Shown in pieces: positions 1 through 8,357 of a stretch of DNA of 64,000 nt. Under the pieces are notes generated by a model. The model made no database searches. It was not told where the DNA came from and worked only from the letters and a program-made list of their open reading frames with translations. A program made the translations under genes and the position numbers. How positions within the stretch are numbered: the first letter of the stretch is position 1; every line of letters starts with the position of its first letter. Origin of the DNA: Alphaproteobacteria bacterium (GTDB lineage: Bacteria > Pseudomonadota > Alphaproteobacteria > Caedimonadales > UBA9215); assembly GCA_024281375.1 (NCBI GenBank), contig JAJSAD010000096.1, forward strand, positions 32,867 to 96,866, written 5' to 3'.

Positions 1-112
1 CCAGCAACTGATCGTTCGTGAGATCAGGTTTTTTTGGGTCTTCTTTTGCAAACACACTGGAAAGGGTCACAGCAAGAAAAATTGAAAAAATAATCAGATG
101 TTTTTTAACCAA
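1..112 (-). CDS. hypothetical exported protein, N-terminal fragment running off the window edge
   Basis: Minus-strand reading from TTG at 110-112 (AGGAA 6 nt upstream) gives VKKHLIIFSIFLAVTLSSVFAKEDPKKPDLTNDQLL, a signal-peptide-like start. Not in the ORF track because the window cuts it. Confidence 0.3.
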   Translation of the reverse strand, partial: MVKKHLIIFSIFLAVTLSSVFAKEDPKKPDLTNDQLL

Positions 113-146
113 GGGGTGTTCCTAATTTTCCTCTTACCTTTACAGT

Positions 147-1646
147 TTACGGGATCAACAACGTATGTCCAGTCATTTGAACGGGTTTTTCAAGGCCCAT
201 AACCTCAAGAACGGTGGGCGCAATATCTGCTAAAATCCCGTCGGACTTCACATTATACTTTTGTGGCCCACACACTAAAAAAGGAACAGGATTTAAAGTA
301 TGAGCCGTATGAACCTTACCTGATTGTGGATCAAGCATGGCCTCAACATTGCCATGATCTGCTGTAATAGCTAGAACGCCGCCCTGATTTTCAACACATT
401 GCCATACCCGTGCTATGCATTTATCCAAAGCCTCAACGGCTAAAATAGCTGCATTTAACTTCCCCGTATGTCCCACCATATCTGCATTAGCATAGTTCAC
501 CACAATCAAATCATAGACTTGAGATTCAATAGCCCCACAGAGTTTATCGGTGACTTCTGAGGCTGACATCTCGGGCTGAAGATCATAGGTCGCTACTTTA
601 GGAGAGGGAACCATGAGGCGATCTTCCTTCTCAAAAGGCTCTTCACGCCCGCCATTTAAAAAGTACGTCACGTGAGCATATTTCTCTGTTTCTGCAAGAC
701 GCAGTTGTGTCAATCCTTGTCGAGACACAACGTCGCCTAACGTCATAGCGTAGCATTGCGCGGGAAATAAAGCTTCCAAACGTTGATCAAGGTCCTTGCT
801 ATAACGCACCATACCCAAAATCTGAGACTCTTTCAAATGGGGGGATTCCACAAAACGCGTGAGAATTTGCCGCACCCGATCCGCTCTGAAATTCGCCATC
901 AAAAGACCATCACCCTCTTGAATACCTTGGTAGCCTTTCTTGACACCAGGTACCACAAATTCATCACTAACATCTTGGTCATAGCTTTGCTGACTATAGT
1001 CTAGGGGATCATCAAACGTGGGTGCCTTAGCCTGAACGATCGCCTCAAAAGCCTGATCAATACGCTCCCAGCGATGATCACGATCCATTCCATAATAACG
1101 CCCCCCGAGACTGGCCAGACTCACCTGAGATAAGTCTTTTATGTCCCTTAGAAAGTCCTTTATATATCCTTTTGCACTTTGAGGAGGCGTATCCCGCCCA
1201 TCCAAAAAGGCATGGATAAATGTCGGCACCCCTGCCCTATTCATAATTTTAGCGAGCTCAACAATATGATTAACATGGGAGTGCACCCCACCAGGAGACA
1301 ACAGCCCCATCAGATGACAAGGTTTCCCTGCTTTTTTCAAAGAGTGTGCGAAATCTTGGAGGGTCTTATCTTGCGCCAACGCCCCTGTTGAAATAGCTTG
1401 ATCAATGCGGGGTAAGTCTTGCAAGACAACGCGCCCTGCCCCTATATTCATATGCCCCACCTCAGAATTTCCCATCTGACCTTGGGGCAACCCAACATCC
1501 TGACCAGAGGCACTCAGTAAACTTTTTTGAAAACGCCCCTTAAGCTCATCCCAACAGGGTGTCTTTGCCTGTGAGATTGCGTTTGACGGAGATTCCCTTC
1601 CGTCTCCCCAACCATCTAAGATACATAAAATAAAAGTCTTCTTCAT
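147..1646 (-). CDS. gpmI: 2,3-bisphosphoglycerate-independent phosphoglycerate mutase
   Basis: 499-aa ORF with ILDGWG, NSEVGHMNIGAGR and ITADHGN motifs typical of cofactor-independent PGM. Confidence 0.95.
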   Translation of the reverse strand: MKKTFILCILDGWGDGRESPSNAISQAKTPCWDELKGRFQKSLLSASGQDVGLPQGQMGNSEVGHMNIGAGRVVLQDLPRIDQAISTGALAQDKTLQDFAHSLKKAGKPCHLMGLLSPGGVHSHVNHIVELAKIMNRAGVPTFIHAFLDGRDTPPQSAKGYIKDFLRDIKDLSQVSLASLGGRYYGMDRDHRWERIDQAFEAIVQAKAPTFDDPLDYSQQSYDQDVSDEFVVPGVKKGYQGIQEGDGLLMANFRADRVRQILTRFVESPHLKESQILGMVRYSKDLDQRLEALFPAQCYAMTLGDVVSRQGLTQLRLAETEKYAHVTYFLNGGREEPFEKEDRLMVPSPKVATYDLQPEMSASEVTDKLCGAIESQVYDLIVVNYANADMVGHTGKLNAAILAVEALDKCIARVWQCVENQGGVLAITADHGNVEAMLDPQSGKVHTAHTLNPVPFLVCGPQKYNVKSDGILADIAPTVLEVMGLEKPVQMTGHTLLIP

Positions 1647-1682
1647 TTTTTAATTTTACTTTTCTAGTTTTTTTTGCCTACA

Positions 1683-2402
1683 ATGAAAAAATTAGTATCA
1701 GGAGTATCAACTATGTGTCGCTATCAACTTACCCTCATACTTTCCCTTATCATACACGGATTTTTTAACAGCGCCAACGCCTCTACATCTGAAGCCTGTA
1801 CCTATGAAGAGACTGAAGAAGCAGACTTTATCAAATTCCATATCACCCATCAAAAACATCCTGGTATGAGAGAACTTGGATATCTTAAACTCAGTCTGTT
1901 TAATGGTGAAACATTCTTTGATTGTCCAACAATGAATATCCATTCTTCAACTACCAAATCTCGAAAAAAATTATTCTCAAAGCTTAAAAAACGACCTGTT
2001 GATGAAAATCGAACACCTATTAATTATGCGCCAGGATCTCTCAGACCTAAAATCTATGAAAAAACCTACAAAGTACCTCGCGCTTACCTTGTATTTGGAG
2101 GTTTCCTTTGCCTGTCCTTTTATCAAGAAAACATCGATTTTAAAGGTATTTTTGACCCAATCAGTGGAAAAATAATACGGCGTGTGACGATGTTTCTCTG
2201 GCAAGACCTGAAAAGGGTCAAAGTTCATAACTTTTCTGATATTCTTGAAAGACATGATGGGAGCTACCTTTATGCTATTTACCTTGATATCGACTGGAAC
2301 CGTTTCGTCCCCATTGATCTTGACAAAATGGACCCAGAAACGGAAACACGGCGAGAATTGTACGATGCTATTAAATTACGTGCCGCCTATGTTAAGCCCT
2401 AG
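1683..2402 (+). CDS. hypothetical exported protein (ORFan)
   Basis: ATG at 1683 is preferred over the track's TTG at 1674. N-terminus MKKLVSGVSTMCRYQLTLILSLIIHGFFNSANA is signal-peptide-like. No recognisable family. Confidence 0.5.
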   Translation: MKKLVSGVSTMCRYQLTLILSLIIHGFFNSANASTSEACTYEETEEADFIKFHITHQKHPGMRELGYLKLSLFNGETFFDCPTMNIHSSTTKSRKKLFSKLKKRPVDENRTPINYAPGSLRPKIYEKTYKVPRAYLVFGGFLCLSFYQENIDFKGIFDPISGKIIRRVTMFLWQDLKRVKVHNFSDILERHDGSYLYAIYLDIDWNRFVPIDLDKMDPETETRRELYDAIKLRAAYVKP

Positions 2403-2432
2403 AAAACCAAGCCCGGTGCCCAGTGTTGAAAA

Positions 2433-2468
2433 TTGATATACCCCCCACTATTGATATACCCCCCACTA
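2433..2468. repeat. perfect 2 x 18-bp tandem repeat TTGATATACCCCCCACTA
   Basis: Read directly: 2433-2450 and 2451-2468 are identical. Lies about 30 nt after the stop of the 1683-2402 ORF. Confidence 0.9.
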
Positions 2469-2479
2469 CCCGTCACTTT

Positions 2480-2700
2480 TTATTTACTTCTTTCCTTCCT
2501 CCTCTTTCTTTTCCTGCCTTTATTTTGCCCATTTTTTGACTAATAGTTATTAATGCTGATAAAAAATGCCTATATGTCAAAAATCGCGCGGGATAAACAG
2601 GAGATTTACGAGAAAAAAAAGGAAGTTTTCTTGGGAAAGGGGAACGAAGGAAGAGCCGGAGGCAGGAGAAACTAAGGTAAGAACCGGAGGCAGGAAGGGT
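2480..2700. repeat. palindromic repeat element, copy 1 (CT-rich arm, conserved ~66-bp core at 2527-2592, AG-rich arm)
   Basis: Core TTTTTGACTAATAGTTATTAATGCTGATAAAAAATGCCTATATGTCAAAAA is ~85% identical to 5311-5378. The left arm (TTCCTTCCTCCTCTTTCTTTTCCTGCC) is roughly complementary to the right arm (GGCAGGAGAAA...GGAGGCAGGAAGGG). Confidence 0.7.
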
Positions 2701-2878
2701 TTATACCTATTCAATTTCGAAGTGTGGGTTTTAAAACAAGGGCTGCCAAAATATTTCATTGGCCGGAGCGTATGTTTTATACGTGAGGAAAACGAAGTCC
2801 CGCCGTTTTGAAAGTCCACAGTTTGAAAGAGGATGGGTATAGATCATACAGCCTTTTTTAAAAAGGGGTGGATAGCGT

Positions 2879-2917
2879 AAAAAAACCCACAGCCTTTTAA
2901 AACTGTGGGACTTTTTT
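2879..2917. terminator. bidirectional Rho-independent terminator downstream of the DEAD-box helicase gene
   Basis: AAAAAAA-CCCACAG-CCTTTTAAAA-CTGTGGG-ACTTTTTT: a 7-bp GC-containing stem flanked by an A-run and a T-run. Sits 24 nt after the helicase stop. Confidence 0.7.
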
Positions 2918-2940
2918 AAATCGATTACAAAAGGCCTTGC

Positions 2941-4824
2941 TTAATAAGCGGATGCGCGAGGTTTTGTGCCCCCTTTTTTCCAGCTACCGCCAGGCTTTCC
3001 CTTTGAAAAAGAAGGCTTCTTGTTAAAGCCACCCCGTGAGTCAGAGCCCCCTCTGGAGCCTGACTTAGAACCTGAAAAGCTTTTCTTTTTATGAAAAGAA
3101 CCACCGTCTCTTTTTGACGCATCACGGTCTCTCCAAGACGATCCTTTTTCTGGAGAACGACGATCATCCCTTGAGTTTTCTCTTGATCCCTCACGGTTTT
3201 CCCAAGTTTTCTTTTTAAAACTTCCCCCTGTATCTCTGTCTCTTCTATCAGAGTCACGGAATGATCCCAGATCATTTCTATTATCCCCGTCGCGATCACC
3301 CCAAGATTTCTTCTTGAAATCTCTACCGCCGTCTCTATCTTTGTCTCGGCGATCACCGTCGCGATCACCCCAAGATTTCTTTTTAAAATCTTGATTGTCA
3401 TTTCTATCTTTTCTATCAGAGTTGCGGAATGATCCCCGATCATTTCTATTATCCCCGTCGCGATCACCCCAAGATTTCTTTTTAAAGTCTCTACCACCAT
3501 CTCTATCTCTGCGATCACCGTCGCGATCACCCCAAGATTTCTTTTTAAAGTCTCTACCGCCGTCTCTATCTCTGTCTCGGCGATCCCCGTCGCGATCACC
3601 CCAAGATTTCTTCTTGAAATCTCTACCGCCATCTCGTCGATCAGAACCTCCGCGAGAACCGCTCCTTGAAAATGACTCACTTTTATTGCGCCTAGCACCT
3701 GCCCGTGACGCATGGCGTTCTCCGGGAGTCTCTGCCTTGGCATTAGGGTCCAAAAGACGCTCAATAGCATACCATTTACCCCGGTCTTGGCGGGTAATAA
3801 AGCTCACAGCAGACCCCTTTTCACCGGCACGACCTGTGCGGCCAATACGGTGAATATAATCTTCGGGACATTGAGGTAAATCATAGTTAATCACGTGGCG
3901 AATATGAGGCACATCAATACCGCGCGCCGCTACATCCGTTGCCACCATGATGCGATATTTTTCATTACGAAAACCCCGTAGAACTGTGTCACGCTTACTT
4001 TGGCGCAAGTCACCATGGATAGCCGCAGATTTGTATTTTTCATCATTCAAACGGCGGGAAAGCTTATCTGCCCCGCGCTTTGTTTTAACAAAAATGATCA
4101 CAGAACCCGCCCGCTGATCTAATTGATCCATCAACTGAGAATACTTTTCAGTATCTTTCACCATCACCGTTTCTTGCTCAATACCTTCCCCCGGAGCAGA
4201 TTGTTGACCAACGCTCACACGGATTGGGTTTGACAAATAACGAGAGGCCATCTTCTCAATTTTACGGGGGAGTGTTGCCGAGAACATCAACGTTTGACGG
4301 CCCTCAGGCATTTGATCGATGATGGTTTCGATTTGAACATCAAAGCCCATATCCAACATTAAATCTGATTCATCCAACACAAGAGAACGCGTTTGACGCA
4401 AATCCAAGGTGCGACGTTTAATGTGATCATTCACACGACCAGGAGTGCCAACAACAACCCGAGGCCTATTGCGCAATTGCCTAAACTGACGATCAATGGA
4501 TTCTCCCCCAATTAAGAGCGCTGTCTTAATAGACTTATCAACGGCCAAAAGCTGACGAAACACAGCAGCAACCTGGGTTGCAAGCTCTCTTGTGGGCGTT
4601 AAAACAATCAAAGATTCTTGGGGGTTATCAATAAGTTTAGCTGCTAGGGGAATAGCAAAAGCACCGGTTTTACCCGTTCCCGTTTGGGCCGTTCCCAAAA
4701 CATCTTTCCCTGTCAAAGCCACGGGAATTGTCTGGGCTTGAATAGGCGTTGGCGTTGTGAATTTCATGTCATCCAATGCTTTTAAAAGCTTGGCTGGTAG
4801 TCCTAGTTCTTGGAAGTTTTCCAT
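2941..4824 (-). CDS. DEAD-box ATP-dependent RNA helicase (RhlE/DeaD-like) with a repeat-rich R/D/G/K C-terminal tail
   Basis: AQTGTGKTGAF Walker A, PTRELA, VLDESD (motif II variant), SAT, HRIGRTGRAG. ATG at 4824 is preferred over GTG at 4842. The last ~245 aa are low-complexity repeats. Confidence 0.9.
   Translation of the reverse strand: MENFQELGLPAKLLKALDDMKFTTPTPIQAQTIPVALTGKDVLGTAQTGTGKTGAFAIPLAAKLIDNPQESLIVLTPTRELATQVAAVFRQLLAVDKSIKTALLIGGESIDRQFRQLRNRPRVVVGTPGRVNDHIKRRTLDLRQTRSLVLDESDLMLDMGFDVQIETIIDQMPEGRQTLMFSATLPRKIEKMASRYLSNPIRVSVGQQSAPGEGIEQETVMVKDTEKYSQLMDQLDQRAGSVIIFVKTKRGADKLSRRLNDEKYKSAAIHGDLRQSKRDTVLRGFRNEKYRIMVATDVAARGIDVPHIRHVINYDLPQCPEDYIHRIGRTGRAGEKGSAVSFITRQDRGKWYAIERLLDPNAKAETPGERHASRAGARRNKSESFSRSGSRGGSDRRDGGRDFKKKSWGDRDGDRRDRDRDGGRDFKKKSWGDRDGDRRDRDGGRDFKKKSWGDRDGDNRNDRGSFRNSDRKDRNDNQDFKKKSWGDRDGDRRDKDRDGGRDFKKKSWGDRDGDNRNDLGSFRDSDRRDRDTGGSFKKKTWENREGSRENSRDDRRSPEKGSSWRDRDASKRDGGSFHKKKSFSGSKSGSRGGSDSRGGFNKKPSFSKGKPGGSWKKGGTKPRASAY
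3240..3660. repeat. intragenic tandem repeats (63-99 bp units) encoding GGRDFKKKSWGDRDGDRRDRD modules
   Basis: CGCGATCACCCCAAGATTTCT recurs at 3291, 3360, 3459, 3522 and 3591. The protein shows 5 near-identical plus ~3 degenerate DFKKKSWGDRDGD units. Confidence 0.9.
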
Positions 4825-5259
4825 AAATATATATTCCCACACGCAAAATTTGTCCCAAAAATAAGGACTGCGTGCTTTTAAGTTTTTTACAAATAATTAG
4901 GGAGTTTATTATCCCGATGCCTCTGATCAACAAGATGCCAATCAGGAACAGCAGATAATTAATGAAGGCGACCTCTTTACAAAGCCGACCAAGAGCACTC
5001 TCCATAACCTACATTTAAGAAGCAGCTTATAAAGAGCTTCTTTTCAGAGTCGTTTGCTAACCTTGTTGCTAGCTGCTTGATTTATATGTTCTCAAGCATA
5101 AACTCTTAAAATCAAAGGTCAGAGCGTTTCCTATTATGGAAATCAAGCTCTACTGGATAAGAGTAATACGATTCTTAAGTCAGAATCTAAATGCTTTTTG
5201 AAGATAAGTCAAGTTTATTAAGAAAGACCTCAACCGCCGAACAAATTTCCCCTCTTGAC

Positions 5260-5455
5260 GATTACTTTTTTACCTTCAATCTTGCATCTTCATTTTTTCA
5301 CCTTCTATTCTGCCGATTTTTTTGACCAATAGTCATTAATACTGATAAAAAATGTCTATGTGTCAAAAAAACGCACGGAAGAGGTACGGGATTTTAAGAG
5401 AGGACGAAAGGAAGGAGACGACGACCCAAAGAGAGTAAAATCCGTAGTGAGAAAG
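5260..5455. repeat. palindromic repeat element, copy 2 (core 5311-5378)
   Basis: Core TTTTTTGACCAATAGTCATTAATACTGATAAAAAATGTCTATGTGTCAAAAAA matches copy 1. It has the same CT-rich left / AG-rich right architecture and the same orientation. Confidence 0.7.
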
Positions 5456-5458
5456 GGA

Positions 5459-6061
5459 TTATAACGTTGCCCTGCCCCAATCTGATGTAGTAAGGGGGTA
5501 ACTCATGTCATTATATTCTACACTATATACATAACGGCAAATAGTTTCATTAAGTTGTTGAAGGAGATGAAGTGCACCACTGGAAGTCCCCAGAGAATTT
5601 TCACAACCATATGCCTCTCTATGATATAAAAACTCTTTTACAGTTGAATGTCCATAAGTCCTATCCTCAAAGGTTCCATTGATAAAATAATACACATCTA
5701 TTGCCTGGTATTTCCAGTCCATAAACCACATTTGTAATGTTGGATCAAAAGAATTGTAGCAGACCTTTAGCATTTCAAAACACTGATCCGACAAGGGGCA
5801 TGTGCCATTATCAACGAGTCCCTCATCATCTGAAGAAAAAGCAAGGTAAGAAGTGGTCACAACGGCTGCCGCGCAAGTCGCCACAACATATTTTCCCGCA
5901 TTTCTTTTAAGGTGCCCTACTGTTCCCTTATAAATCCAAGACCCCCAGCTTTCTTGAGAGCCTTCCTCTTCAGGAAGAGGAGAACAGCTTGCCTCAACAT
6001 TGTTAACGCACAAAGAAAGAATTAAGACCATAGAAGTTAGATAGTTGTTAAGTGAAAACAT
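5459..6061 (-). CDS. hypothetical exported Cys-containing protein (ORFan)
   Basis: Internal ATG at 6061 gives MFSLNNYLTSMVLILSLCVNNVEASCS, a signal peptide. The upstream part of the track ORF (from TTG 6145) looks non-coding. Confidence 0.45.
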   Translation of the reverse strand: MFSLNNYLTSMVLILSLCVNNVEASCSPLPEEEGSQESWGSWIYKGTVGHLKRNAGKYVVATCAAAVVTTSYLAFSSDDEGLVDNGTCPLSDQCFEMLKVCYNSFDPTLQMWFMDWKYQAIDVYYFINGTFEDRTYGHSTVKEFLYHREAYGCENSLGTSSGALHLLQQLNETICRYVYSVEYNDMSYPLTTSDWGRATL

Positions 6062-6151
6062 TGAACCCTCAAGTTTAATTATTAAAAACACATCTTCTAT
6101 GTAGTCAAAAAAAATATCATTGTCAACAACAAATGATATTGACAAAAAAAA

Positions 6152-6667
6152 TTACAGATTTTCAAGGTATATCTCTAGCGCCTTTGGAGAGCGAAAGCGT
6201 TGTACGCGATGGGTATGTCGAGGGTCTTGGAGAAGAGCCCTATAACGACGGCGATTTTTCCAGTGGCTTCCAAAAACCCAAACGAAAATAGAATATTTTG
6301 TGAAAAACTGTTGATACCATGTTTCGTAATTCTCCCCACAACATTTTTCCTTTTTCATTAAGCGGCGGAATGTACGCTTTATCACACGCCAAAGAATCAA
6401 GGGAAAAGGATAATCTAGCCATATCAAATGATCAACTTGATCTATGAGGAGAGCTTGGATGTTGCGATAGTTTCCACAGATCACCCAAGGGCCTTTTTTT
6501 GTCTCTTGCAGAATATCATTTTCAAAATCTTCATCCAGTCGTTTGACCCAATGAGGCTCAAACTGAAAAGCGTCGAGCTCAATATAATGAAGCTTGAAGC
6601 TCTGTGCCAGTTGCTTTGCGAGGGTGCTTTTACCGGCACCTGACGTACCAACAACATATAAGTTCAT
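6152..6667 (-). CDS. P-loop NTPase, adenylate-kinase-fold (FlaR/topology-modulation-like)
   Basis: N-terminal Walker A VVGTSGAGKSTLAKQL. The 171-aa size and layout match small AAA/adenylate-kinase-like kinases. Confidence 0.6.
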   Translation of the reverse strand: MNLYVVGTSGAGKSTLAKQLAQSFKLHYIELDAFQFEPHWVKRLDEDFENDILQETKKGPWVICGNYRNIQALLIDQVDHLIWLDYPFPLILWRVIKRTFRRLMKKEKCCGENYETWYQQFFTKYSIFVWVFGSHWKNRRRYRALLQDPRHTHRVQRFRSPKALEIYLENL

Positions 6668-6737
6668 GGACTTGTCCGTAAAAAAGTTGAATTTTATACA
6701 TACATCATTTATATTGAAAGTTAAAGGAATAGGTTAT

Positions 6738-7283
6738 ATGTTATTTTTTAATATCTTTTTTGCTCTTTTAATTGTTTTTTCTAACACAGCCATGGCCCGT
6801 GTGGCTGTCTCTTCCCCCCATGAGGAAGGTCCAGCGCTAAAGCGTGTGAATCGCGCTGCCGCTCCAGAACACCACGGAGCCGGACAATCTGTTAAAAGAA
6901 AACGTTCTTCTAAGAGTGCTGGCAATCAAGGTAAAGCGACAAGTTCCGCCTATTCTCAAAAAGACTTTACCATTCAAATCGATATCGCAGCGGATGATAG
7001 TGCTGAAAATGTAACAGGTAATGCTGAAGAGGGTAGTACTAGTGCTGAAAGTGGGCCTACTGGTCACCCCAAGTACTCAACGGCCGCAGGATTTGGAGCA
7101 AAACCTATTTCCGCCGCCGCTTTAAATGTTGCCAAAGCAAAACATGAACTCAAAAGAAAACTACAAGCGGAGAATAAAAAGAAATTTCAGCTCCAGGACG
7201 TTTCAGGGGAAAAAGGTCAAAAAGACCCCCGGGAAGAGATCATTAATGAACTGATGAAAGCTTCTCAAGACATCGAAAAATAA
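6738..7283 (+). CDS. hypothetical exported low-complexity protein (ORFan)
   Basis: ATG at 6738 gives MLFFNIFFALLIVFSNTAMA. The longer track ORF (6594) overlaps the convergent P-loop gene. The rest is Ala/Ser/Lys-rich and disordered-looking. Confidence 0.45.
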   Translation: MLFFNIFFALLIVFSNTAMARVAVSSPHEEGPALKRVNRAAAPEHHGAGQSVKRKRSSKSAGNQGKATSSAYSQKDFTIQIDIAADDSAENVTGNAEEGSTSAESGPTGHPKYSTAAGFGAKPISAAALNVAKAKHELKRKLQAENKKKFQLQDVSGEKGQKDPREEIINELMKASQDIEK

Positions 7284-7295
7284 TCTTATTTCGCA

Positions 7296-8192
7296 TTAAA
7301 ATCCTAACATTTCTTCAGCCAACGGCACTTCCGTTCTATCGATAAGATGATTCTGGACGAAAAAACTAATCAAAAGTGGATAGGACTTAGGACTTGGTGT
7401 CCCGTATTTTTCGTTTGCAAGGCGTATATAGTCGCCAATAACAAAAACTGCATTGTCACCTAAGTCTGCCTTACTGTCTGAGTCATCCTCTTTGGTGATT
7501 GAAGGATCGTTAACATATTTGAAGAGGCGATCGGTTTTTTCATGTCTCGTAAAGTCGCAAGATTTCATAACTTGGGCTAATAATATGGGATCATTAGCAT
7601 AGGTCCCCAGAGAAGCTAGCACTGTAAAAGCACTCACCATAACGTGATTATAGACCGGTTGTGTTGTGGTATCTACTTTTTCATATCGGCACATTGCCCT
7701 GGCCCTCAAAAACGCGGGGATTGTCTTTCCTGTTGGGAGTTTTGCTGCGCACCTTGCTTCAACTTGGATTCTGATGGCCGCTAAAAGCGTCCCCTCTTTT
7801 CTAACCATATTAGGGTAGGTAGAGTCTTTCCCATTTCGTCTAAAAAGAACAACTTCACTGCATCCTTCATACTCATCATGGCCAATGAGGTCTAAGCGCA
7901 TCTCGGTATCAGAATCAAAAAAGTACTGATTGCAAACCGGGATACGCCCTTTGAATTCCTTTGTGAAATCTAAAGGAAATTCCAAACCATTGGGCAACCT
8001 AACCGTCATTTTTTTGAGGGCATCCCCAAGGCTTTCTAAGGGGGCTTGGACACTAATACGTACGTGTTGCCCAACGATACAAGCTACCGTTGGGACGGGG
8101 GGCTGATCCATTTCTTGTGATGCCTTAGAAAAAGGGCTTTGGAATGAAAAAATAACAAACAGAGCAATTTTAACAGAGTGGCTTAAGTTCAT
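7296..8192 (-). CDS. hypothetical exported protein (ORFan)
   Basis: 298-aa ORF with N-terminus MNLSHSVKIALFVIFSFQSPFSKA. No recognisable family. Confidence 0.5.
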   Translation of the reverse strand: MNLSHSVKIALFVIFSFQSPFSKASQEMDQPPVPTVACIVGQHVRISVQAPLESLGDALKKMTVRLPNGLEFPLDFTKEFKGRIPVCNQYFFDSDTEMRLDLIGHDEYEGCSEVVLFRRNGKDSTYPNMVRKEGTLLAAIRIQVEARCAAKLPTGKTIPAFLRARAMCRYEKVDTTTQPVYNHVMVSAFTVLASLGTYANDPILLAQVMKSCDFTRHEKTDRLFKYVNDPSITKEDDSDSKADLGDNAVFVIGDYIRLANEKYGTPSPKSYPLLISFFVQNHLIDRTEVPLAEEMLGF

Positions 8193-8357
8193 AGTAGGCC
8201 TCCTAAGAACAGTATCTTTTATAAATTAACAATACATACCTTAATTTAAAATTGACAAGAAGTAAATTTTTTATATTTTCAAAGAAGACCTCTCTTGAAA
8301 GCCATGAGAAAAGCATGGTAATCTTAGGAAAAATAATAAAAGAACAGGAACCTTAAG

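Noticed and set aside
2566-2811. 81-aa basic ORF starting inside palindromic element copy 1 (and a 28-codon counterpart at 5352)
   Set aside because: Only the first ~9 codons are shared between the copies. Nucleotide conservation extends upstream of the ATG and the rest diverges in length and sequence. This fits better as a DNA/RNA repeat than a gene, and I kept it only as a note inside the repeat finding.
3240-3660. Possible CRISPR array, suggested by the regularly spaced repeats
   Set aside because: The repeats are coding (in frame within the helicase tail). The intervening sequence is itself repetitive, the spacing is irregular (63-99 bp), and no cas genes are present.
2925-3853. Long alternative-frame ORFs (2925-3770 minus, 281 aa; 3395-3853 plus, 152 aa) overlapping the helicase tail
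   Set aside because: They lie entirely within the tandem-repeat DNA of the DEAD-box helicase. Repetitive low-complexity sequence keeps several frames open. Their translations are themselves repeats with no start context, whereas the helicase frame is continuous with conserved motifs.
5459-6667. The P-loop kinase ORF and the downstream 228-aa ORF are in the same frame, separated by one TAA, like the other stop-split genes
   Set aside because: The linking 28 codons (FFLSISFVVDNDIFFDYIEDVFLIIKLEGS) look non-coding. The downstream protein has its own ATG with a clean signal peptide, and there is no domain continuity. I treat this as coincidence.
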